Source: a virus. From it: a DNA stretch of 64,000 bases. Below, one piece after another: positions 17,853-24,665 of this stretch. The position numbers and the translations under genes are program-made. The stretch lies in the IMG/VR virus record IMGVR_UViG_3300025660_000003, positions 1 to 64,000 of that record. One strand, given 5' to 3'. Every line of letters starts with the position of its first letter. Position 1 is the first letter of the stretch. The notes below the pieces were generated by a model. That model was not told the origin of the DNA and ran no database searches. It saw nothing but the letters and a program-made list of their open reading frames with translations.

Positions 17853-18791
17853 TCACACGCGGTTCAAGATCGCCCCACCGCTGGCGGGGGTCAGATCGAA
17901 GATGCGATCCTCTGCCTCGCGGAGTAGCTCCGTCAGCCGCTCGACCTCTTCGGCGTGGGCCTCTGCCCTGGCGGCAAGCACGTCCTTCGCCTGACGCATT
18001 TCAGTGTTCGCGGCGTTCCGCTCATCCATCGCCTCATGCCACCGCTTCTCGGCAACTTCGGTCTCCTCACGGGCGGCCTTGACCTCCAGCTTCATCTTGT
18101 CGTAGTCCACCATCGCAGCCCGATACTTCGCGGCCTGCCTGCCTGCGACCTTCACGTCGGTGCGGGCCTTCCCCTTGGGGAAGTAGTGGCCCCACACCCC
18201 ATGGGACGAGACGACCTTGGAGACCTCGTGGGAACAGAGGGTCAGCCTGGTCCTTCGACCCGCCGCTCGCCATTCCTCGTACCAGACATCGTCGTCAGGC
18301 CCCAGGTAGCTCAAGTGGGGGAACAGGAACCGAAGCTCCGGCCGTCTGAGGACGTTCCCTTTCCTGATGGGCTCCGTCATGTAGGGGCGGATCGACTGGC
18401 TCTCACGCTCGCCAGCCCACCAGTGCCCGCCCTTGTCCTGACGCACGCTGGTCAGGCTGTCCGGCGAGAGGTGGCCCTCGACCACCTTGTTGGTGCGGGT
18501 GGATGACTCCTGCGGTAGTCCGATCTCCGGCAGATCGAACATCCGGGGGTTCGGCTTCGGGAAGTCCCGTGTCTGTCGATAGGTCTCCATCTGGGCCTTC
18601 GTGAGCCACAGCTCCTCGACCACTCCTGTGTGGAGGTTGAACAGGTGGTGGCTGACGTAGACGTTCATGTCCGCCGACGTGATGTACTCCACGTCATCCA
18701 GCGTGACCCGCGACACCACCTGAGCGTAGTGCTGCGTCACTCGATAAGACGAGTCGGCTCGAAGGACGAATGCGCGGGTCTCATGGTCCAT
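17853..18791 (-). CDS. Hypothetical protein with C-terminal coiled coil, probably leaderless
   Basis: ATG 18791 lies 6 nt after the GTAGT of class I copy 5, with no SD. Confidence 0.7.
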   Translation of the reverse strand: MDHETRAFVLRADSSYRVTQHYAQVVSRVTLDDVEYITSADMNVYVSHHLFNLHTGVVEELWLTKAQMETYRQTRDFPKPNPRMFDLPEIGLPQESSTRTNKVVEGHLSPDSLTSVRQDKGGHWWAGERESQSIRPYMTEPIRKGNVLRRPELRFLFPHLSYLGPDDDVWYEEWRAAGRRTRLTLCSHEVSKVVSSHGVWGHYFPKGKARTDVKVAGRQAAKYRAAMVDYDKMKLEVKAAREETEVAEKRWHEAMDERNAANTEMRQAKDVLAARAEAHAEEVERLTELLREAEDRIFDLTPASGGAILNRV

Positions 18792-18797
18792 GGGGCT

Positions 18798-18825
18798 ACT
18801 ACGCTCGCAGTCGTGCATCTGAGCC
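18798..18825 (-). promoter_or_regulatory. Class I promoter-like motif, copy 5
   Basis: Minus strand GGCTCAG(18825-18819)-16 nt-GTAGT(18802-18798). Confidence 0.8.
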
Positions 18826-19074
18826 CTAGACGTTCAGGGCTTCCAGAGCCCTTCTGACGAGCTTCCAGACCGGGTAGCTGAGCCGTGGGTAGTCGAGGAC
18901 ATCGGCGGTCCTGGAGACCGCCTTGGGGCTCCCCTTGCGCATCAGACGGATGGCGTAGTTGCCTCGCCTCGCCTGCTTGCCAGTCCAGCTCGTGTTGTGG
19001 ATGAGCATCCGGCCGATCTCGAAGGCTTTGCTCTCCCGGCCTCCGGGCCACATCTCGATCTTGACGACGAGCAT
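18826..19074 (-). CDS. Small basic hypothetical protein
   Basis: 82 aa, coupled to the upstream gene (TGATG). Confidence 0.75.
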   Translation of the reverse strand: MLVVKIEMWPGGRESKAFEIGRMLIHNTSWTGKQARRGNYAIRLMRKGSPKAVSRTADVLDYPRLSYPVWKLVRRALEALNV

Positions 19075-19337
19075 CAGGTGATGCCGCCGGGGATGTTGAA
19101 GATGCGCTTCAGCGTGTCCCGGATCACGTCGGGGTCACGGACGATCTGAAAGCACGCCCCTGCTGAGATATGGGTGGTGGTGTCGCAGAGGTCCTGGCCC
19201 TGCACCACGATGATCTCGCCCTTGCGCATCAGCTCGTTGTCGGCCTCGGAAAGCAGGCAGCCCACGTCGTAGTCCGGGTGGACCTGCATCGGTCGGGCTT
19301 TGTCCCCGTCGATCAAAGTGACGTTGATGGCAGGCAT
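19074..19337 (-). CDS. Small hypothetical protein
   Basis: 87 aa from ATG 19337, which overlaps the ATPase stop; GGAG upstream. Confidence 0.7.
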   Translation of the reverse strand: MPAINVTLIDGDKARPMQVHPDYDVGCLLSEADNELMRKGEIIVVQGQDLCDTTTHISAGACFQIVRDPDVIRDTLKRIFNIPGGIT

Positions 19338-21781
19338 CAGACCGGCTCCTCCGGCTCCATGGCCTTGCGGCGGTGCTCTGCGCCAACGCTCGTCGCCAGC
19401 GTCGTGAGAGCCGAGCATTCCAGCATGGCCTCGAACTCTGGCTTCGTCTCCACCGTCCAGTGCCAGAAGGGCGTCTTGCCGTTGCGGACTCTGTATAGGG
19501 CGGTCGTGCAGATGTGCTGGAGCAATCGCTTCTGGGCCTCCATCTGGAAGGCGGGGCTGTAGCCGTACAGGGTGCTTTGGATGGTCTCGTGATCGACAAA
19601 GACGGTGATGTCGATCACGACACGATCCTCATCCGCGTCGTTGATGGATACGGTGAGCAGTCGTTTCGACGGCCAGTCCGGGGGGAGATCCTTCGCCGTC
19701 ACCTGATGGATCTGCGGGCTGACCTGATCTGCGCTCGCCGTGTCTGTCGCCCCACCGCCCTTGTTGGTGGATGGCTGGGCCTTTGGCCCCAGCGGGCGGA
19801 GCTGGATCGACTGCTCCAGAGCAACACCATCCGGTGTGGGCACCGAGACGTAGATCACAGAGGGGATGTCCTTCTGGCTGATGTTCCCCCTCACCTTGAG
19901 GCGGGCTTCCCCATACGAGTCCGTCCATGTGATCGACGCTGGTGTCGAGGTCCACGCACTACGCGGCATGACGTGAAAGGGCGTGGTCCCATCCGGGACG
20001 GCGTTGCAACCGAGCCGGAGAGTGATGGTTCCGCCGACGTGCGCTCGAAGCGCCTCCTTCGAGTGCGTGATGAGCCGGAACGGCCCCTTGGGGTTGGGGA
20101 AGGTCGGGTTCTGTGAGCGGGCCTTGGACACCTGGCTGGTCGTACTTCTGAGGAATCGGACGTGGGCGTGGGCGTTCTGCGTGAACGCATCGGACCCCGG
20201 AGACTTGAACCCCTTGACCCTTTCGGCCTCGTAGCGGTCGCGGGCCACTGCCAGTACACCGGCATCACCCGAGATGCGGGTCTGGATTGCCTTCTGCATC
20301 CGCCGGACGATCTCGTGGCTGGTTCGCAGCGTCCGGTCTGACGAGACCATCTCGCGCTGGAGACCTCTGGACAGCGTCGAGAGGTCCACGTACAGGATCA
20401 TGTACTTCCGCAGGCTGCCGATGATGGACCTGTTCCCCATGTACCAGTCTGGGGTCGCCAGATGCACCGTGAAGGTGTCCTGCATGATGATGACCTGCTC
20501 TGGAATCCTGCCGTTCCACGTGGTCAGGGGCCGTTCAAGTACCCGCCCCTTGCGGCGCTTACCAGCAGCGTTGCCATCGTTCTTGGTCTTGGTGGGCAGC
20601 TTGTAGCGGTCATCCTGTGCCTCGACATCTGTCCTGGCGATTCTCTTCGTGATGAACGCCTTGACGCCCACCTTCTCGAAGGCTCCAGAGCGGCTTTCAA
20701 ACTCGATCAACCAGTCGAAGGACGCCTCGAAGCAGTTGAGCTTGCTGGTGTTGTTCTGGGCGCGGTGGGGTCGCGCCATGTTGTCGAGGATTCGGGTGAT
20801 GCCGCCTTTACACACCTTCCTTGTCGCCCCCCGAACCTTGTCGGTGGCCTTCGTGCGTTTGCGGGGCTTCTCCGACACATTCCGAAGTTCCACCAGGAGG
20901 TACGGAAGGAACGGTTCTGGGCAGATGCGCTCGAAGTCCCGGTAGGGGGAGTTCCCGTGGACGTTGATGAGCTGGGGGGAGATCCCCTGGTACTCAAAGT
21001 GGGTGATGGCTGTCCCGGGTCTGAACGGGACCCCGGTGGATGGCACCCAGTTCTTGTCCCGCTTGCGCTCACGGGCTTCTGCGGCCAGATCCCAGTGATA
21101 CGCCTCCTCTGGCGTCAGCCACGGGACCTGACCCTCGTTGTTCGTGAGGGTCAGCCAGTGGGTCTCCTCGGCCTTCGTCCAGGGCACCTTGACGATGAAC
21201 ATGATGGAAACGCGGTCGTCGTCACCAGGCTCCAGGAGATCAGGGCTCCGGCGGGTGAGGATCAGCGTGCTGTCGCTCCACCGAAGCGTCTTTGCGCTCC
21301 CGTCGTGCCAAGTGCCGATGGTGTAGGGCTTCGCGGTCTTGGCGTTCTTGTGGACTCCACCCAAGGTCTGAGGGACCTGTGCGTGCGTCTGACCGCAGCC
21401 GTAGTCCCGGTAGATCACGTTGTCCAGCGTGTCGCCTGGCGTGAGGGCGACCACGATGTTCTCTGCGAGTTCGGCTCTGCGGTCACTGGATACCCCGGCC
21501 AAGCCCGCGACCCCAAACTGACGCAGCACCGCTTCCTGGGGGGAGCCCGGAGCATCCTCACCCCGCAGCAAGGCCCGCTCCACACCGAGTTCGATCATGG
21601 CGTCCTGCGAGTTCTGCACCCGCTCGCCGAGCTTGAGGACGGCACTGTTGCTGCCCTCAATGGTGGCCCGGTGTCCGAAGGGGACGAAACGGTAGCCGTG
21701 GTCTGCTACCAGCAAGTCGGCAGCCACCCTGGCTGCCGAGCTGGTCCGGGCCATCATCAGATGGCGAAGAGCTTCGATCAT
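19337..21781 (-). CDS. GHKL (HATPase_c; MORC/MutL/TopoVI-B-like) ATPase-domain protein
   Basis: ERVQNSQDA (N box), DYGCGQ (G1 box), NAK...IGTWHDGS (degenerate G2 box); 814 aa; AGGAG RBS; own class I motif. Confidence 0.75.
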   Translation of the reverse strand: MIEALRHLMMARTSSAARVAADLLVADHGYRFVPFGHRATIEGSNSAVLKLGERVQNSQDAMIELGVERALLRGEDAPGSPQEAVLRQFGVAGLAGVSSDRRAELAENIVVALTPGDTLDNVIYRDYGCGQTHAQVPQTLGGVHKNAKTAKPYTIGTWHDGSAKTLRWSDSTLILTRRSPDLLEPGDDDRVSIMFIVKVPWTKAEETHWLTLTNNEGQVPWLTPEEAYHWDLAAEARERKRDKNWVPSTGVPFRPGTAITHFEYQGISPQLINVHGNSPYRDFERICPEPFLPYLLVELRNVSEKPRKRTKATDKVRGATRKVCKGGITRILDNMARPHRAQNNTSKLNCFEASFDWLIEFESRSGAFEKVGVKAFITKRIARTDVEAQDDRYKLPTKTKNDGNAAGKRRKGRVLERPLTTWNGRIPEQVIIMQDTFTVHLATPDWYMGNRSIIGSLRKYMILYVDLSTLSRGLQREMVSSDRTLRTSHEIVRRMQKAIQTRISGDAGVLAVARDRYEAERVKGFKSPGSDAFTQNAHAHVRFLRSTTSQVSKARSQNPTFPNPKGPFRLITHSKEALRAHVGGTITLRLGCNAVPDGTTPFHVMPRSAWTSTPASITWTDSYGEARLKVRGNISQKDIPSVIYVSVPTPDGVALEQSIQLRPLGPKAQPSTNKGGGATDTASADQVSPQIHQVTAKDLPPDWPSKRLLTVSINDADEDRVVIDITVFVDHETIQSTLYGYSPAFQMEAQKRLLQHICTTALYRVRNGKTPFWHWTVETKPEFEAMLECSALTTLATSVGAEHRRKAMEPEEPV

Positions 21782-22536
21782 GGGGTCTCCTGTTCCGCAC
21801 TACGGGCGTCGGTTTCGGACTGAGCCCCGCAGTCAACGGTCGGTCCTTCGATCAGCCAGGACCTCGCGGGGCCATGGTCGTTGCGCTGGTCCCAGCCGGG
21901 GCGGTTCTCGGTCAGCCACTTGCGGGCCTCTGCCTCAGCATCGCGGCGAACGGCGTTGTTCGCCCTGTCCATCGCCTGCCTGGTCGGCATCGGCATGTCG
22001 TCGGGGAACTCCAGGTAGTAGCTGGTGTAGTGCTCGTAGTGGTTGATGTTGTCGCGGGAGTGCGGGTACTCCACGGGGAATGCCTGGATGGAGCCCTTGG
22101 CGTCGAGCACCTGGACGGTGCCGTGCTTCGGCCCCAGCTCCTTCAGCCGGACGGAGTAGCGTTGCCCGATGCGGACATCGACCGGCTCCCAGCCGTGGAT
22201 GTACCACCAGATGCGCTGGATGCCCTTGTCGTCGAACAGCCCGTTGTGGCCGTTGCTGGTGGACTTGGCTTCCCACCCCTCCGGGAGCACCACGGAGAGC
22301 GTGTTGCACCCGCCGACCATCTGCGTGATCCGGCCCCCACCTTCGAGGATCTCCATGCCCCACAGCTCCAGGGCTTCGCGGGAGCCGTCCTTGTCCGGGA
22401 TCTTCCCGGACGCAGCTCGCTGCGACATCTCGACGGCGACTCCGACCCCCTCGCCGGGCTTGCAGCCACCCATGGTGATGCCCATCGCGGCCATCTGGAA
22501 CGGATTGTCGTCGCGGTCAACTGTCTTGCGGCCCAT
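21778..22536 (-). CDS. Hypothetical protein
   Basis: Start moved to ATG 22536 (AAGGGAG RBS, class I motif upstream); 252 aa. Confidence 0.75.
   Translation of the reverse strand: MGRKTVDRDDNPFQMAAMGITMGGCKPGEGVGVAVEMSQRAASGKIPDKDGSREALELWGMEILEGGGRITQMVGGCNTLSVVLPEGWEAKSTSNGHNGLFDDKGIQRIWWYIHGWEPVDVRIGQRYSVRLKELGPKHGTVQVLDAKGSIQAFPVEYPHSRDNINHYEHYTSYYLEFPDDMPMPTRQAMDRANNAVRRDAEAEARKWLTENRPGWDQRNDHGPARSWLIEGPTVDCGAQSETDARSAEQETP
21799..21826 (-). promoter_or_regulatory. Class I promoter-like motif, copy 6
   Basis: Minus strand GGCTCAG(21826-21820)-16 nt-GTAGT(21803-21799), within the 3' end of the upstream gene. Confidence 0.8.
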
Positions 22537-22558
22537 AGGTCTCCCTTGTTCATCAGGG

Positions 22559-22586
22559 ACTACGCCCGCCGGGATTCTTCTGAGCC
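22559..22586 (-). promoter_or_regulatory. Class I promoter-like motif, copy 7
   Basis: Minus strand GGCTCAG(22586-22580)-16 nt-GTAGT(22563-22559). Confidence 0.8.
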
Positions 22587-22635
22587 CGCTAGTTAGCCGA
22601 TAATCCGGGGGAGGTAGAACCCGTGGAGGCTTCCG

Positions 22636-23034
22636 ATGACGACCCCCCTCAATGACCGCGAGGTGCCCGAGCGCATCGCCAGCGTGATCGACCGTCTGGC
22701 GATGGCCTACATCAAGATGACTCGTCAGGCGTCGGCCGTCATCGTCGGGGACATCTTCACGTCGAGCTGGGGCTGGGAGCAGACCAACGTGGACTTCTAC
22801 CAGGTGGTCAAGACGACCCCGAAGATGGTGATGATCCGCAAGATCGACTCGAAGACCCACCGGCAGACCGGCGATATGAGCCGGTCGGTCATGCCCGTCG
22901 TGAACACGATGAAGGGGCCGGTGCTCCGCAAGAAGCTGGATGCGTACCAGGGCACGCCGATGCTGAAGATCAACACCTACAGCCGGGCCTACAAGTGGGA
23001 CGGCAAGCCCCAGAATGAGACCAGCTACGGCTAG
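22636..23034 (+). CDS. Conserved phage/plasmid-type hypothetical protein (SWGxxQTNVDFYQV motif)
   Basis: VGDIFTSSWGWEQTNVDFYQVV; GGAGG RBS; variant class II motif at 22590-22618. Confidence 0.8.
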   Translation: MTTPLNDREVPERIASVIDRLAMAYIKMTRQASAVIVGDIFTSSWGWEQTNVDFYQVVKTTPKMVMIRKIDSKTHRQTGDMSRSVMPVVNTMKGPVLRKKLDAYQGTPMLKINTYSRAYKWDGKPQNETSYG

Positions 23035-24128
23035 GCCTCCGCTGCCTGCTTCTCCGCGATCATGGCCTGGTGCTTGGCGACCCCCGAACCGTCCCCGTCG
23101 CAGGGCCGGAGGTGGTTGAACAGGGCGAGGCGGATCTTCTCCTCGTGCCGGTGGTTGAGCGCACCGAAGTAGCCACTCAGCGTCATCCCACAGGCCCTTG
23201 CGCTGGCGATGTGGCTTGCCCGCACCTCCGTGGTGACGCTGTCCCAGTCGTAGGGGTCGGTGACCTTCTCGACTTCGGGCTCTACGCTCGCGAAGGTGGG
23301 CTCGGGCACACTGAGTCCGAGGGCATCGGGGTCGGTGGTGAACGCGGCCATCGGGGCGTCGGCCTTGTCGTCCTGGAGGATCTTGCCGAGGGCCAGCGGG
23401 AGCAGGTCCTCGTCGTCCGGCTGGTCCGGGGGAGCATCACCAGTGGTGGCCCACCCCTCGTCCTCGTCGATGCCCGCGAGTGCATCAGCGATGGGGTCCG
23501 CCTTGGCGATGCCGGAGGGGTCGGAGAAGGCGTCCGTGCCCTTGCCGATGCCGGAGACGTTCGGAGCCCCGAACGCGGCAGCATTGGCAGCGACGACCGC
23601 CGGGTCACTGGGGCCGACCGGGACCGCGACGACTGGCAGCTTGTAGGTCGGCGTCCGGTGCGTGCGGTCCTCGATCACGGTGTCCTTGGCGGCCAGGTCA
23701 GACAACCCGCGACGAGCTGAGTCCAGCGAGATGTTGGCGATGGTGGCGACCTCGCGGGGGTTGGCGGCTCCCTGTGCGAGTCGCTGCCGCTGCTGGAGCA
23801 CGGCGAGGGACACCAGCTCCTTGTAGTTGTCGATGAACCGATCTGAGCAGGCGTCGAGTTCCGCCAGCAGGTCGGCCATCAGCGACCCCTTCGCCGTGAA
23901 CAGGTACTCGTTGTCCTCCAGGGTCAACAGCCCCTCCCCCGTCGTCATCCGGTTGAGGATCTGCTGCACCGCACCGGGGGCGATGTACGACCGGCTGTAG
24001 ATGGCGGGGGCGTCCTTCCGGCGAGCCATGATGAACGCCGAGACGTGCTTGGCGGTCGTCGCGAGGTCAGCGACCGCTCGCTCGCGGATGATGTAGAGGA
24101 TCTGGAAGGTGCGGGCGTTGATGGCCAT
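23031..24128 (-). CDS. Putative DNA-binding protein: tandem winged-helix domains plus acidic linker
   Basis: Start ATG 24128 with AGGAG; GAVQQILNRM...YLFTAKG and PREVATIANISLDSARRGLSDL...TYKL resemble wHTH units. Confidence 0.65.
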   Translation of the reverse strand: MAINARTFQILYIIRERAVADLATTAKHVSAFIMARRKDAPAIYSRSYIAPGAVQQILNRMTTGEGLLTLEDNEYLFTAKGSLMADLLAELDACSDRFIDNYKELVSLAVLQQRQRLAQGAANPREVATIANISLDSARRGLSDLAAKDTVIEDRTHRTPTYKLPVVAVPVGPSDPAVVAANAAAFGAPNVSGIGKGTDAFSDPSGIAKADPIADALAGIDEDEGWATTGDAPPDQPDDEDLLPLALGKILQDDKADAPMAAFTTDPDALGLSVPEPTFASVEPEVEKVTDPYDWDSVTTEVRASHIASARACGMTLSGYFGALNHRHEEKIRLALFNHLRPCDGDGSGVAKHQAMIAEKQAAEA

Positions 24129-24215
24129 GTCGTGTCTCCTGGTTCTGGGTCGTCTACCCCTGACGCCGCATGGTGAACCCCCTCTCAGACACGCGACCAC
24201 TAATTCGACACCCTC

Positions 24216-24247
24216 TTGACAGTGGCGAGAACGACCATTAGGGTCGT
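24216..24247 (+). promoter_or_regulatory. Sigma70-type promoter with overlapping palindrome
   Basis: TTGACA(24216-21)-17 nt-TAGGGT(24239-44); ACGACC-5-GGTCGT (24231-24247) straddles the -10; ATG 7 nt after the -10. Confidence 0.75.
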
Positions 24248-24251
24248 GGGC

Positions 24252-24665
24252 ATGACGGATTCACCCCTGCACTTGAGCCTCACAGAGCTGGCGGACAAGT
24301 CGGGCTTCACGGCCCGGACCATCCGGCTCTACATCAGCAAGAAACTGCTGCCCCCGCCGCTCAAGGCAGGTCGAGAGGCGGCTTACGGCCAGGTCCACCT
24401 GGATGTGTTGCACAGCGTCAAGGGGTTGAAGGACTTCGGGCTGACGCTCGAACAGATCCGCAACCAGCTTCAGGAGCAGGGGGTCATCGACCCGACTCTG
24501 CCCGTCCCCGTGCCCTGGCTCATCATCCAGCCCGCAGACGACGTGGCGGTGATGGTGCGTTCCGATGTCGCCCCCTGGCGACGCAACCTGATCGACCGTG
24601 CCCTCGTGGACTTCGTCCGCGCAGTCACACCGAAGAACCTGGGCGACGAGCCCACGGGAGAATGA
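24252..24665 (+). CDS. MerR-type HTH regulator
   Basis: LSLTELADKSGFTARTIRLYISKKLLPPP...AAYGQVHLDVL...LKDFGLTLEQIR; leaderless ATG 24252. Confidence 0.88.
   Translation: MTDSPLHLSLTELADKSGFTARTIRLYISKKLLPPPLKAGREAAYGQVHLDVLHSVKGLKDFGLTLEQIRNQLQEQGVIDPTLPVPVPWLIIQPADDVAVMVRSDVAPWRRNLIDRALVDFVRAVTPKNLGDEPTGE

Noticed and set aside
21778-22860. Longest-ORF starts in the track (22860, 24200, 27237, 28309, 9089, 4218, 3207)
   Set aside because: The extensions overlap neighbouring genes or promoter motifs; shorter starts with RBS, promoter or coupling support were used.
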